Shown one piece after another: positions 24,201 to 38,121 of a DNA stretch of 64,000 bases (the stretch's first letter is position 1; every line of letters begins with the position of its first letter). A program made the position numbers and the translations under genes. The stretch is from Amoebophrya sp. A120. Lineage: Eukaryota; Protista; Dinoflagellata. The stretch spans positions 2,520,658-2,584,657 of the forward strand of contig CAJINV010000006.1 in NCBI GenBank assembly GCA_905178155.1. Reading direction: 5' to 3'. The notes beneath the pieces were generated by a model. It was not told where the DNA came from. It ran no database searches and worked only from the letters and a program-made list of their open reading frames with translations.

Positions 24201-27046
24201 GTGTAGTATGCATTACAAAAGTATCGCATTCGTACTAATCGCATTTATGCACTACAATTTTTTTTGCCAAGTTAAATCCGCACTGCAAATTTATATTTCT
24301 CATGCTGAGGAAATTTGTCATGCGATTCATACTAGTACGAGCCTTTTGCAGTGCATATGTAGCTTCTCGCGGCTTTTCTGTTGGAAGCTGCTGTTGAAGA
24401 TGACGATTTCACTGTCAATCCACGACTGGTAGTCGCGCTACCTCGAGCATTCCTCTCGACGTCGTCCCCAATATTCCTATTCGCTGTTGTAGTTCCATGA
24501 TTTTTCTCCACATCCTCTACCGCGCAGCTGACTACCGCCACGAGTGCTCCCTTCGTCCCGACTAAGCCCAACGCCGCTGTTTTCACGGAGAAGACGTCGA
24601 CAAAATTGACCACCAATTATGAACCGCAAACATATCTGGGTCTGGGAAATTGCGAGACTTGTCATGCTAGTCTGGCATGACCCTAAACTCTGTATTGCGT
24701 GCCCGCGAAGAGGTCTTCTTGTCTGTCATGCAAAAACGCACTTTCTCATGCGGGGTGCGCAACTCTGACCCACGGACAAACTTGTCATGCTGGGACGCGC
24801 ATTACAGTGTGCCCGATAATCCCTTCCTTGCATCACAAGTTTCCAGACCCAGACATTTTTTGCGCTTGATACCAATTTCCGCTTCACGATCACAAACAGC
24901 GCCAGGCCGATCAGCTGCTATCCATTGGAAATATGTTCGGGTCTGGAAAGTTGAAACTTGTAATGCTGGCCCTGCATTCCTGTAAAATCTGTATTGCATG
25001 ACTAACAAAAGTCGTAGCCTCTCTTGTCATGCAAAAACGCAATTTGTCATGCGGAGGGCGTATGATAAAGCGTTCTGCAAACTTATCATGCTCTGCTGCA
25101 TAAGGAAGTGTTTTCATCCTGCACGTTTTGGCATCACAAATTTCCAGACGAAGACATATTTGCATTTGATAGCTGCTCCTTTTTCGCAATGTAGTAGGCA
25201 AAATTCTCGTCCTGATTCTGCTGGTCGTAATATCCTGAGGAAAAACGTCCCCTCACCAGAGTCAAGATGGGAAATTTGCAACACAAATCTCCAAGTTTTC
25301 AGAGTTATGCATGACAAGTTTCGCCTCGTAGTGTAATCCTGTTTAGCTACTGTTCAGCAGCATCACAGATCTAGCAAATGATGCTGATTGGAGCATGACA
25401 AATTCCGAAACACGACTAGAAAATGCCTCTCATGGGGCTCCGCATGAGAAATATTTTCAGCATGCAAATTTGCATGACAACTCTGGGGTGGGGACTTTTT
25501 CACTCAGGATACGTAAATTTGCTGCAGCACCGGGAAAAGCACATGGTCCTCCCATTGGGTCAGCTTCGTTCGGTCTTCATTCGTTTGCTTGTTCTTTTCC
25601 TTATCCAAAGGAACAGAAAACTGTGGTACGTAACGTAGGTGTAGTCCTGCAGTGTGACAGCATGAGATCACATTCGCTATCTGCATGACAGAAGAAGTCT
25701 GTCATGCACAGCTAGTTCTAGTACGTGAGGGTATCACATATGTAAAAAAGAGGAGCTCATCACTGTCCAGCATGACAAGTGTCCTTTTTAACAGCGTCCC
25801 TCGCCCTGTCCTCGTTTGCAGTTTTGCATTACAGAGTCCCACTTACACTCACAGTTATTCTTCTGTTCCATATTTCTTGCTGAAGAAGTAGTAATTGAAC
25901 ATCGGATTCATTTTCAGTTCCACGACTTCCTGAAGGCCGAGAAAGATGATGTCGGGTAGTTGCTCGACTGCCGCACGACAAGATGAAACATCATTTGTAA
26001 CACTGCCAAAGGACGAGGAAGATATTACCGCAGTAGCATTTATTGTCGTGCGACTACCACTAGCTGCGCCAAAAGAATCTTCGTCTGAAGAAGCGGACGA
26101 AAACATCACCCGCTTGAGTTCCTGCTGCAGCTTCAATTTCACCAGCGCGGTCGGATGATGATCCACTTGCGAAGATGAAGTAGAACTAGCTCCCGTTCTT
26201 GCTGGTGTTCCTCCATTAGCAGGGCCCCCGTACGCGCTTGCGGCCTCCGAGGGTCGGTAAAAGGAGTTGTCAACTTCATTGTCAGAGTTCGAGGAAGACG
26301 AGGATCCGGTACCCCGGCCGGAGCTCGGAGTAAACCCTGCAACATTCCAAGTGAGCGTTTTGATGCGGAGAAAGGACGAGGAACATCCCTCGGAAGGTGA
26401 CTCTGCGTTGCTGCAATTCGACTGCGGGAGACCACGCTGCTGCTGCCCCTGGTTTGCAGCACGACCCCTCTGGTCCTCGCGAGTGGTCGACGAGGAGGGG
26501 GCACGACCAGCTGGTTGTTGATGATGAGCAGACGTCGTGGTCGTAGTGGAAGCAGAATTCGCAGTTGCACCACTAGAAAAATTTGCGTAGTTCTGGGAGA
26601 AATTGGCACGACTGCCACGATCAGGATGAACAGAGTCTACGGAATTTCGTCGGGATTGTGTATGGATGTGTCAGCATTGAAATCGACAAAGTTGAAATAA
26701 CTTGTGATGCATAAAATGAATGAAAGTTGTGACCCAGTTTCCAAGTGGCGCATGACAAATTTGGTGTAGAACCGAAATCCAGTGTGTCATGCTGTTTGGG
26801 TCAGCAAGACGCCTTTTGTCATGCTACTTCAGCAGCTCAGTTTCTACCCCTCAACAGGCTTACAATCTGCCTCACTTGCCTACTCTGCAAGACAGGCACC
26901 TTGTGGGCTGGATTTTATGCATGCCAAACTATTTCAACTTTGACGATATCAATCCTGAGACATCCATATTGTGGGACGTAGGAGTATTCCGAGAGACGCC
27001 GGGGCTGCGAGTCCTGCGCAGTAGAACCGGAGGACGAGGAGGTCAT
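21272..27046 (-). CDS. Inositol polyphosphate 5-phosphatase (IPPc/EEP family), 11 exons
   Basis: Ordered motifs across 10 elements: TLTWNVAG, PDIIFLGLQEVVEL, GLVGTKGA, GINCHLPSG, FFGDLNAR, FPPTYKY, PAYTDRILY, TDHLPV. Every junction is in frame after removing element+5 nt; start and C-terminus less certain. Confidence 0.9.
22320..22569. mobile_element. Introner-like element, family A
   Basis: Family A TIRs; DR ttctg. Confidence 0.9.
22616..22894. mobile_element. Introner-like element, family B
   Basis: Family B TIRs; DR tttac/ttcac. Confidence 0.9.
22931..23218. mobile_element. Degenerate introner-like element (B-like)
   Basis: TATCC...TGATA, weak TIR; DR aagcg; removal gives WVA|SNAATDHLPV. 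Confidence 0.78.
23323..23535. mobile_element. Introner-like element, family E
   Basis: Family E TIRs; DR tgtaa. Confidence 0.9.
24207..24357. mobile_element. Introner-like element, family C
   Basis: Family C TIRs; DR tgtag. Confidence 0.88.
24618..24871. mobile_element. Introner-like element, family A
   Basis: Family A TIRs; DR ccaat. Confidence 0.9.
24919..25171. mobile_element. Introner-like element, family A
   Basis: Family A TIRs; DR gctgc. Confidence 0.9.
25231..25511. mobile_element. Introner-like element, family B
   Basis: Family B TIRs; DR cgtaa. Confidence 0.9.
25602..25872. mobile_element. Introner-like element, family J (diverged)
   Basis: TATCC...AACTGTG / CACAGTT...CCATA; DR ttcct/tttct; interior resembles 35621-35833. 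Confidence 0.8.
26661..26968. mobile_element. Introner-like element, family G
   Basis: TATGGATGTGTCAGCATTGA...TCAATCCTGAGACATCCATA; DR ttgtg. Confidence 0.88.
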
Positions 27047-27846
27047 GATTTTGATTCCACTGCTTTGTCACTTCTTTCCTACTAAGCGAACGAATCACAT
27101 AATTTTTCGAACAATTTCAACAATAGGCGGAATCAGGAGCCTAGTTGTGGCCGTTCTTCTCCTTGTTTTCTTGCTGCAGCGGTTGCACTTGTATAATTCG
27201 TGGCACCTTTACAACTGTACAAAGACCGGGAATACAAAGGTCGTGTCCACAAACTATTCTATCTATCACTTTGTCGGTATAACAAACATTCGTAAGATTC
27301 TCACTATACAGCACTTCTAGCAGAGCACTCGGTGCCGGGGCGTCAACTTACTTGTTCTGGTCTTTTTTTAACTTGATCTTCCTCGCGTCGTCGTTCCGGA
27401 CTGTGCAACCGAATGCTCAAATCTTCATTCATCGTTTCTCTATGCGCTCAGTAAGAAGAACGCTTTGTAAAAATCCTCCTTACTTCCTCCCGGAACTCCA
27501 ACATTCATATTGCTTTCAAGGAAAATAACGCAACCACAGCAGAACATGGAAAACGATGACGAGGGCCCAGAAGGCCGACCAGATCCCGGTCGCGACAAAA
27601 ACCTCCGTCGTGAGATGACTGAAAAATTGTTTTGATATTGTCAGTGTGAGACTTTTCTAGTTTTATTGTACATGAAAACAGCTCACATTTATTCGACGCA
27701 AATTCTTCGATGTGTGGCGTCTGTCTTCTCCGGACCAGTCAAAAAATTATCCAAGTTTATTGTTGTCACATTTTTATCTTCTATCATATCAAGTGTTTTT
27801 CATTTTCCAAAACGACAGTAAAGTCAAAAAGAAAAACTAAATGTTT

Positions 27847-29684
27847 TCAAAAAACCGCACGGGGAGCTGCAATCTCGTCCATCGAGCCTCCGACGGCTCC
27901 GTAATATCTTACAATCGCAGAGTAGAAGTCGAATCTCGCAAACACCATCAGTACAGCGGTGCAGACGACGAGGAAGAAGAGGCTCTGCAGTGTGAAGAGA
28001 AGCAAGCTCTTCAGGTTCAGCAGCACTGTCAAAACAAAGTCCTGCGCTTCTTGCACCAAAGAGAAAGAACCAGTACGACGACCCGCCCATGGAGGTAGTT
28101 GTTCATGTTGTCGTGCGCGTAGTTGTGCATCAAGCGGTGATTTCTGGTGTTCTTGTAGGTAGTGCACTCGTTGTGGCAGCTGGTTTTCATGATGGTGGAG
28201 TACCACAGAGGATGAAGTCGGGCGGTGGTAGTGCTGTGGCTGTGTGGTCAACATCTGCGAATTATCATGATGCGGATAAAAATAAGCACCACTACTACAG
28301 CCGGCGTTGGCATAATACCCGCCGGAGGCGGGGGCAGCGCAACAAGAGGACGACCCTTGCTGCTGCTGCAGTTCCAGACGGTAAATTTCTAGGTTCAGCA
28401 ACATATCGTACGAAAAAAGTGTTACAGTTACATATTTGTTGGCAATTCAGCAACACAAATTTTCTCCGCATTAGAGGTAAAACTTGCAATGCAAAGATCA
28501 TAAGGGAAAACACGTATAAAACGAGGTTCGAAGGCATTTCTGGCATGACAAAGGTTGTCTGTTATGCTGGGTCTGCAACACAATGTGTAACTGTGACACT
28601 TTTTTGTCATGATACAACATGGAGTCCACATACTGCAGCTCGTTGGCCAACTATCGCAAGAAGAAACTGTTTCACTGTAAACTTGTGATGCAGAAAATGG
28701 ATCGCAGAAGTGTGTGTCATGCTACACATGCAAGACAATTGATTTCTAGCTGTGTTTTCCCTTAGGAACCCCGCATGGCAAATTTCCGCTGTCATGTAAA
28801 ACAAACTTGTGATGCAATTCTTGCAAAATGCTTACAGTGAAACAGTTTTTTCGTATGATACCAACTCCGCCCGCTTCTGGCAGCTCATGCAGTATCCCGA
28901 GTAAAGACGTCCCCATTCCAGAGCTAAGATGGCAAATCTGCTAGACAAATCAACCACCTTTGGTTGTTTCGCATGACAAGAAGTTCTTTCTCCTCGTAGT
29001 GTAATCCTGTTTAGGTAGATCAGCAGCATCACAGATCTAGCATATCACTCTGATTCTAGCATCACAAATTCCGAAACAGCAATAGAAAACGCGTATCATG
29101 GAGCTCCGCATGAGAAACATTGTGCACATGCAGATTTGCATGACAACTCTGGGGCGGGGACGTTTTTGCTCAGGATATGTAGCCCGGCTGCTTCAGTTCC
29201 CTGTAGATCGAGAGTTGTCGGTTGCGCAGTTGTATCCTGTGCAAAAGTATCGTACTCGTAGTAATTGCATTGATGCATTACAAATCTCTTTCTCAAGGTC
29301 AATCAGCATTACAAATTTAATTTGTAGTGCTGGGCTAATTTCTAATGCAATTTATACTAGTACGATGCTTTTGCATTGCATAAGTTGACTCTCGTTCCCC
29401 ACGACCACGGGAGCTGCGGAAGTGAGTGAAGATATTACTGTAGTGCCACTACTAGTGCAAACATGATCTACTCCCATATTGCAGCCAAAACTATTTTTCC
29501 CGGTGCACGACAAATCGCTCATCCCCGTTAAAGGCGAAGAGCATGACGACAAGGTTGGTCGCACTGCGTCCCCCGTGGTGCTTATCGGCGAAAAGAAACT
29601 GGATTTACCCGCTAAAACCGCTGGGGTGCAAGGCTTGGTGTTGGACGTTGTTGTACTAGGCGACACAGAGGCTGATGTAGGCAT
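27847..29684 (-). CDS. Hypothetical protein with C-terminal transmembrane segment, 5 exons
   Basis: In frame across four elements (ESQL|RNRQLSIYRELKQPGY|MSCQKRAEL|ANELQYVDSML|LNLEIYRLEL); hydrophobic LLLFTLQSLFFLVVCTAVLMVF. Confidence 0.7.
28404..28614. mobile_element. Introner-like element, family E
   Basis: Family E TIRs; DR caaca. Confidence 0.9.
28652..28860. mobile_element. Introner-like element, family D
   Basis: Family D TIRs; DR ccaac. Confidence 0.9.
28893..29177. mobile_element. Introner-like element, family B
   Basis: Family B TIRs; DR tgcag/tgtag. Confidence 0.9.
29233..29382. mobile_element. Introner-like element, family C
   Basis: Family C TIRs; DR agttg. Confidence 0.9.
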
Positions 29685-29971
29685 TATTTAGGTATTTTGT
29701 TTTTCTTTTTGGCGATCGCGATATTTTGTCCTTGCAAAAAAAACACTCACCGGTAATTAGCTTTCATGTTTACTTTTGTTCGCTTGAGTTGCTCTTCCCT
29801 TTTCTGGTGAAAAACTCCGCGTGAGAAACAGCTAAATACAGGTCGAAAAATAAACCTACCTTTTTGGCTCCTGAGTCACCTCAGAGTGGATTGAGAATAG
29901 TACTTACCGAGCGGAAACGAACCACGCAACAAGAGCCCCAGGTGACTGCAAATTATGCGAGTCTGATTTTC

Positions 29972-32900
29972 CTAGCCCTTACGCTTTGGATCATTTTCAC
30001 GTAAAGCAGGTGTAGAACTAGAAGTGGTGCAAAAGCAAATGCAAAAAGAAGCCGATGATACAGAAATAAGTGCCGAATTAAAAAGTACGATTTTCCTTCC
30101 AAACGATGACAACCAGGACGACATAAACCCAACTTCTACAGTGGCCGATAAAGAATTCGTCTTGTTGTACAGTTTTTCTGACGAAAACCAGCACCCACCC
30201 GCGAAGAACATCGTCAAAGCGGTTTTAATTTTCCACCGACGTTGTATATGAGTACTCACAACTTATCGTGGCTTCAGCACAGAGACAGACCCAGCTTTCG
30301 TCTGAGTAGAATAAACTTCTGCCTTCTTTTTGGGATGAATAGTAAACAAGCACAATTATTATTATACGATATCAGTGTGGCATTTGATGAAACGGGAGTT
30401 GCGAATAAATGCTGAAACTACTCCTGCGTAGATGATCTAAAAGTACTATCACTTCTGCACGATCACAACCGAAAGCCCCTCGTGCTGTCGTTCTTCTTCT
30501 TTTCACTGCAGTGTCGATGTCGCGCGCTTGTTCCACTTCATTACCTTCACTTATGTACAATGATTTAAGAACGCTAGGCACGGAAAAGAACGACAGTTGG
30601 AATAAAATGAGAAAAACGGTCACATACATTGTACAAAGCAAAAATGACTCAAGTGAGAGCGTTGTGACGGTGGACACAAATGCAAACCCAAGCAGTCCTT
30701 GCGGACCGGTCCTCGCTACTTCGCGGGCAAGCAAAATTGCAATTCTAAATCATAAAAGAGTGAAGGAGCTCATCTAGTGCTGCCCTATGAGTACAACAGG
30801 GCATGTGAATCTAAATGGCATTATGTAAAACCATGTGGACACATCAAAGTGTCTCGAGTCCTCTCCCGCCGAAAAATTCTAGTATGGCACCAGTCCTGGC
30901 GAATTATACCTTCCTCCCGCTACCTCCTTCGCTGCTTTCGATAGGTGCCGGTTTTGTTTTCCAGCAACAGAACCCGGTAAGAGTTGTTCATCTTTATCGA
31001 AGTGAAAAAAGCCCCCACCCCATATCGGAAACGGAAGATGCGCCAATTTGTGATGCTGCATTTGAGTGTATTGCTAGAAGGCCAAGAGACGAAGCTGCGG
31101 CCTCAATTGCAGGTAAGTAATCTGTCATGCTGTTTATTCCCACTTCCAGTTGCCTACTGTCATCCTGGAGCTGCAAGGCTTTCCCACGCTAGACAGCACT
31201 ACAGTCCGCATCTTTTGCCTTCTAGCATGATCACAAAGCTGATTTGTGACCACAAATCTGCATCACAGATTTCCGTTTTGATATGGGGAGGGGACATTTT
31301 TCATTGTAATAACCTTCCCCGAGTAAAAATTATTTCCTCGGTCGGAGAGAAATAGACCACTGCTAGAGGCAGCAGTGGAGGTCGCACAACTACTACTTCC
31401 GCTACTGCGCAGGTCAATGTCGTCGAAGAGTCCACCTCCTTTATTGCCAGATAATGAATCCTCGCTTCGTAGTTTTCGTCCGCCCGTCCCTCCTGCCGTT
31501 GTCTGCACGGTTGACGCTTTTTCGCTTTTGCGCTCCGCCTCAGCGGCTAAATCAAACAGAATGCGTATCCTGAGAAACCAAAAAACCGATACGACCCATA
31601 GCAAGTACCCGACAGTCAGCGTGAAGCAGCGCGAGATGAAGCCGTTCATGACTAAGTTAGGTACCCAGCAGAATGATCGTGAACAGCTAGCGATTGCTGA
31701 GTGCTAGAGCATGACAAGTTGAACTTTGGAACTACAATAAACACGGCCAGACAAAGAGTGCCTCTCATGAAGATGGGCAGCATAAACATGTAAGAAGATG
31801 AACAATAAATCGTAGCGGAAACAAATACTTACACAATTCGGGTCGTGTGGGTAAGTACGTACTTAGTTTTTCAAGCCGGATAAATTCGCTCTCCGTCCAC
31901 TCCTTTGCCAGCCGCAAGCCGGGGAAAAACTCCAGAAACTCCTTCACTGATGTGAACTGTATCAACTGCAAATGTGTTTTGGTCTGGAAGAGTGCAAACT
32001 TGCGATGCGCATTTCGCAACATGTCAATGTCAAAATCTCTCCTGCATAAGCAGCAAAAGCTGGTGTCACTTGCTGTCACCAGAGTAGGTCATTTGTCATG
32101 CAGATTCGGCATTTTTGCGGAAGCTTCTCGAAACCTGTGATGCTAGAGCTTCCATGCCAGACGTTCTGTGTCATGCAAAAGCAGCATGACTCTTCCAGAC
32201 CCTGACATATTTGCATTTGATAAACTGCTGTGGGTAGGTTCGCTCTGCGGTGGTGGAGATCTCGTGGGAAAGATTGTTTTTGTTCTTCACGTCGCAATAT
32301 GCACTGCAAATATTCCTGGATGTTGTCCGTACGGTTGAAACTTCTGATGCAGCGTCCTGTAGGTCTAGGTCCCAGGAAGATTTGTCTTGCGCGGGTACTA
32401 CTACTAGCACAGACAGGATGCTGGTTTTTGGCCAAGCTGAAACGGTATTTCTCTTTCTCACACGTCGGGATATTAATTTTCATGCATTGCCTTGCGACAT
32501 GAAAGCCTATTTCCAAGTTTTATTAAACCTGTGATGCTACGATAGTCTGCATCCCAGGTCTCGCGGAGCACGAGCATTCAAAATCTGCATGGCAAACTCC
32601 TGCACTCATCCATATTTGCAGTTCATATCACCGCCTTCTCCGCATGATCTGCGACTTCTACTCCGTGACCAGCAGATCCAGATGACACAGAGTATGGATG
32701 TGTCAGGATCGAAATCGTCAAATTTGAAACAAGTAGTTTGTCATGCATAAAATGCAACGCAAAACTTGCCTGTATTGCTGAGGACGCAAGGGAGGCAGAT
32801 TGTAGTGCTGGGAAGGGTCGGGCCTTGGGCTGCTGATTAGCATGACAGAGGGGAGCCCCTTTGCTCTAAACAGCATGACCAACTGGCTTCCGGTACGGAG

Positions 32901-35900
32901 ACGGACAAAATTTGTCATGCGCCGACTAGATACTGTAGATCAAATACAAATTGGTATCGTTATCGATTTTATGCATTACAAGTTTTTTCAGCTTTGTCGA
33001 TTTCAATCCTGACACTTCCATACAGAACCGGAAACGAGTAAAACCGGCTCGGTTTTACAGTAATTCGCGCCGATGGCCTGCACAAAAAGCGCGTCGTCGT
33101 CTACTGCTTCTTGGAGCGCCGCAGATGAGGAGCGGTAGTCAACACGGGCTCCTGTGGACCACGATGAAACATCACTGTGTTCGGCTCCAACTTCCAAATT
33201 TTCGGAAAAATTCTTCTTCTGCCCATTTATTCTGGTCGAAGCAGTTGCAGTTTTACTGCAGCTCTGATCACCTCCCGCTAGCTATCGTAAACAAAAATCC
33301 CCCCTCCCCATATTGAAAAGGCATGCTTCCGAAAATTTGCGTTGCCGATTTGAGGTCACAAATCGCATTTATGTTGCAAGAAGACGAGGGCAGAGGCTTT
33401 CGCCCCATTATGGAGGCGTTTTGTCATGCTGTTGGGCCTAAAGCGGCGCCGTTTGTCATGCTGAACAACTAGAGCCAAACGCCTCTACCTAGGCTGGGTA
33501 TCTGGCCGCAATGCCTTCCAGCAATACAAAAGTGATTTGTGTACACAAATCCAGCATCAGAAATTCCGTTTTGATATGGGGAGGGGGGTTTTTTCCTTTC
33601 GATACTAGCAAGATGTCGCAGAGCAGCACGCTTGTGGGGAACGTGTCGAAGAGTCTGTTGATCTTTTCTGCAAACACACCGATGCGGGTATCACACTGAA
33701 AAACAAAAAAGCGGGTAAAAAAGAATCTGTCTTTCTGTTCTTTGATGCAAACATGAAAGCTCGCGATAGAGAAACTCCCAGTAGAAGGGATGAATAACCT
33801 ACAAAAAAAGCTTCTGTCTTGCATACTACATCTGCACTAGATGAACCACGCCGCACTGCAACGGCCTGGTGCGCCTTGGTAGTGTAGTAGTTCTCCTGCT
33901 CATTTAAATTTATACATTGCTCCTCACTTTTTGACTTCTAGTTTTACATGGCAAACCTCCGTGATTGCCTAGTCGTGTTTTTCCGTGTGATACTCCTGAA
34001 ACATCGAATCCCGTTCCCAGACGAGCAAAAGTGGAACCGACTTCAAGGCAGAGCTGCGCTGCGGTTGGCTCACATCAAGCGCAGATGTTTTTGCACTGGT
34101 GGCTCCTAATATTGCAGTGCCTTTATTTTCGTGCTGGTCCTTCACCATTTTTTCCGCCGCAACCGTGGCTATTTCCTCAAAAGAATCAACCTCGATGGAC
34201 CATCCACGCCCCTTCTTTATCCTGAGGGAAAACGTCGTCCCCAACCCTAGAGTCCTCATACATGGATAGGAATTTTGCTACACAAATCAACAAGTTTTGC
34301 GTCGTGTTGCGCATGGCATAAATAGACTGCTTTGTGTGCCGCGCATGACAAGTTCTACTCAGGGCTCGGAGTGTTAGACCGCTAGCGGCGCTTCGCCAGT
34401 GCAGCTGCATAAGAAGTCGATCAGCTACAGCTTCTCCTTCTCCTGGTTCTAGCATGACAACTTAAATGAATACAACAATACTAGCCACATGCTTCGCATT
34501 TACCTACGCATGAGGAACATAACTTTTGGCATGCAGACTAGCATGAAAAAGTATTCGGTCGTGCTGGGTGTCACGTTTTAATATTACACAGGATATTATT
34601 GTTCTGGCCTTGCTCCCCATCAGCTGCTCCCTCCAGTACAACTTCCTCTCCACCTACAAAGCCGGCGAGCAGCCCAGCCGCGCGCCCTTCCTTTAAAACG
34701 GCTTTTTGGTACTTTTTGACCAAAGAAAAATCTGCCGGGGCCGGGGAGGGCTGCTCCGAACAAGGGTCCTCTCCATGCTGGTGGAGGCGGTCAGAACCTT
34801 TTTGCACAACATTACTTCTACCCAAAAAACTGCCTTCAGAAGTCGTTCTCGTCGTTGCGGAAAATAGCAAATCACTACCGCCAGAAGCTTCGTGCACGTC
34901 GATGAAAGTTGTCAGGGGATTGCTCTGAGGTCGTGTCTCGTTACTTTCGGGGGGCATCATCTTTACGCGAGAATAATAGTCGGTCACCGTCCTATATGCA
35001 CTGCAAAAATGTCTGGGCCTGGAACAAGGTTGGAACTTGTAATGCTAGCTCTACATTCCTGGGAAATCTGTAATGCATAACCAACAAAAGTCAGAGCCTC
35101 TTTTGTCATGCAAAAACGCAGTCTCTCATGCAGATTGCCTAAGAGAGAGCGTTTTGAGAGGTTGTCATGCTGGACTGTATTCGGAAGTGTTTTCATCATG
35201 CACATTTTAGCATCACAAGTTTCCAGACCCAGACACGCTTGCACTGGATATCCTAGTGGCGAGCGGAATCAGGGAACTGGAGCCGGCGGAGAGGTCGATG
35301 ACAAAGGAAAAGTATCCTGTGCAAAAGTATCGCACTCGTAGTAATCGCAGGAATGCATTACAAATCTCTTTCTTAAGGCAAACCTGCATTACAAATTTTA
35401 TTTCTAATGCTGAGGAAATTTGTCATGCGATTTATTCTAGTACGATGCTTTTGCATTTCATAAAAAACCGTAGGGCGTGTGCTGGTCTGACTTGGTGTAG
35501 CCCTCCCCCCCAACTCCACGCATCCCAGTAGCGACCCGCTTGCGCCGGTACAGCAAAAATTCGTGATTACCGCCTATGGTCGGCACGTTCCCCGTTTCGA
35601 GCATATTTCGGATCTTCAGGTATCCAAGAAAAAACCTGTGTAAGTGTAACCTTGTAGGAAGAGCAGCATCACAACTTCGTTTCTTTTGCATTACAGGAAA
35701 AACCTGTCATGCGCAGCTAGTACGTGGAAACACGTATGATAGTAGCCTATGACGGACTTCCTGCATGACAAGTATAACTGCTTTGCATTTTCTGCATCAC
35801 AGATTTACACTTACACAGTTTTTTTCTTGCATATCAGGTCAAAAAACTTCAGTCTGTTCAGCTCGCTGGCCCCGTAAATGACCGGCGGAATTTTATTTAC

Positions 35901-36941
35901 GTCCCAACGATTTTTAACACAATGGCGGAGTTGCTCTCGGTACCAAGTCTGTAATGCCGGCTGGCATTGGTTGTTGACCAGATTGTTCGTCTTCGTCAGC
36001 ACATTATTTGGGAACTGCAGCGTTCTACTTGTCGTGCTATTCTTTATCTTGTTTTCGTTTTCCCTCTCAAGATGATTATAAACGACCCTGCTAGGCGCGA
36101 AGAGCAAACTCAGCAGCGCGTAACGGACATCTTCTTCGGTTGTGATGGTACATGTTTTACTATTTCCGCCATTCGCACCCCGTTCGGCGCCGCCTCCCAG
36201 AATTTCATACCGCAAACCTGCGGTGCGCAAAACCGCACGCAGCAGCTGCCCCTCTTGCGTGAGCAGTGAGGAGGAGGTCGCGGGCGTGTTGATTCCGGAT
36301 TGGCGAATGTTGTTGCGCTTCAAATGGCAGGCGTTTAGCAACGCGGCCAACTCGCGATCTAGGTCCGGGAAGGAAACTTGTACTGCGCAGCTGACCACAC
36401 TACTTTCATTCCCTGTCCACCTCGCGCTGTCCGCTCCACTTCTCGCCGATGTGGTGTAGTCTGGAGTAATATCGCCTTGGCGCTCCTGCTGTCGAATTTG
36501 AATTCTTATCTTTTCCTCTATTTCAACTTCATCTTGCAGCAGCTTTTCGTCATCGCTGTAGGCACCACCAGCACCGAAATCCAAATCGTCCACGCGATCG
36601 GTACTACCGTCTCCAGGAGAAGTTGTCCGGCCGAAAACGCGCTTCAGGCAGTCGCAGAGACGAGCGACGAGGTTTCTACTTCCGGGTCCTTCAAGGTGCC
36701 TCCCCTGGAGGTCTTGCGACATAAAAATGTCTCCTTCAAACAAGATGCTGTCTGCCCCCGTGGAGCGCGCAAAGCCGGCGGTGGGAGTGGTAACCGCACT
36801 TCTTGGTGCTGCAAAGAGGGCCTGATGCGCCGCCTGCTCTCGCCTCAGAATTGCTTGGCAGGTCAACCGCACCCGTTTTTCCCCCTCCGATCCTGGGAGG
36901 AGGGGAGGGACCGAAGCAGAAATTCCTACAGACGCCATCAT
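29972..36941 (-). CDS. Large multi-exon hypothetical membrane protein (may be two genes)
   Basis: Minus-strand exons join in frame from 36941 to ~33970 and again from ~33820 downward; hydrophobic segments at ~31560-31650 and ~30580-30700; linkage at ~33.9 kb and 3' end unresolved. Confidence 0.45.
30995..31311. mobile_element. Introner-like element, family F (~320 bp)
   Basis: TATCGAAGTGAAAAAAGCCCCCACCCCATATC...GATATGGGGAGGGGACATTTTTCATTGTAATA; DR atctt/acctt. Confidence 0.9.
31960..32222. mobile_element. Introner-like element, family A
   Basis: Family A TIRs; DR aactg. Confidence 0.88.
32298..32627. mobile_element. Degenerate introner-like element
   Basis: TATGCACTGCAAATAT...ATATTTGCAGTTCATA inverted ends; no intact DR. 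Confidence 0.55.
32693..33022. mobile_element. Introner-like element, family G
   Basis: Family G TIRs; DR cagag/cagaa. Confidence 0.88.
33283..33604. mobile_element. Introner-like element, family F
   Basis: Family F TIRs; DR ctagc. Confidence 0.9.
34218..34595. mobile_element. Diverged introner-like element, family B
   Basis: TATCCTGAGGGAAAACGTC...CAGGATA; DR ttctt/ttatt. Confidence 0.8.
34995..35250. mobile_element. Introner-like element, family A
   Basis: Family A TIRs; DR tccta. Confidence 0.9.
35313..35462. mobile_element. Introner-like element, family C
   Basis: Family C TIRs; DR aaaag/aaaaa. Confidence 0.88.
35621..35833. mobile_element. Introner-like element, family J
   Basis: TATCCAAGAAAAAACCTGTGTAAGTGTAA...TTACACTTACACAGTTTTTTTCTTGCATA; DR tcagg. 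Confidence 0.88.
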
Positions 36942-38121
36942 AAACTTCAGTTCTGATGCTTGTGCAGCCGCAGAGGGAAAATCAGATCACCGGGGTTCCA
37001 AATTCTCAAAGCGAATGCGAATCCGAAGTGTACAATCCGGATAGTCGAGTCGGCTTATCGCTTATCAGACTACAGGATAGCGGGACGCATATTAATCCGC
37101 GCGTGACGCTAGTTTACTATACAAATGTGCGCTTCACGAGTCGTCCTGTGCAGCTTCGAGCTAATACTACTGCACAACGAGTCAATTAATCTGCAGGGTC
37201 AGCGAGGAAAGTTGATCCTGATGAACCAGTTGAGCACAGGGGAGAAAGTGAAAGAAAAAGCTCGGAGAACGGGAACAAGCCGAATGAATTTCTGACCTTG
37301 TGGATATTAAGCTAGCTCTGTGTAAAGAAACCGACCTCAATTTGTTCCATACATTCGGGCTCAACATAAGCAAGTAAAAACGCGCTCTGCAACAATCAAA
37401 GACCGAAACTGGACGAGTCGCCCTGATTTCTTTCACAAATAACCGAATTTTGATCATGTTTTCCTGACGTGAATAAAAATGTCCACTTACAGAAACCCTC
37501 CTCGTGGTTTCCCGCGACCTGCTTCATCCACCTTCAAGAGTCTTTTGCCATACCGCTCCTACTCCATCCGCCCGAACTGAAAGCTTGCAGAAAAACCCTC
37601 CCAGTGCTGCGGGAGGATGACCGATAGAAAAGTTGAGGGCTTCTTCTCCATGCTGCCCGTGCACGATCCCGCACTTGCGCAACTACGTACCTACCAAGTG
37701 GCCGATGATTGATAACGCAAGATGACGGGGCGGATCAGGCCTCCGCTTCTTGTCCACAAAAATGCAACACAGAAAGGAAACCGATGAGACCACGAAGTAA
37801 GTAGGGGACACTTGGGGAACACTGTTACAAGCCGATGGAGAGGCAGTGCTGCTGACTATATCCATTGACTACACCGCCCTAGTGTGAGGCGGTCGGAAAT
37901 TTGACTTGCGACGTATATACTACATTTGCTATCTTCAGTCCGGCACAACTTGGTATTGTTAACAAGTTGGTGTAGGCGATCACGATAATCTTTATTTTGC
38001 GGAAGCGGAAGAGGTGAATGTTCAAGTGCATTAAACAAGAAACGTTCAACCGAATTGTAAGAAACCTTTTATCGTTATCATTCCTGAGGCTGAGATAAAA
38101 CTCCGCTCCCCCCCTCGCATT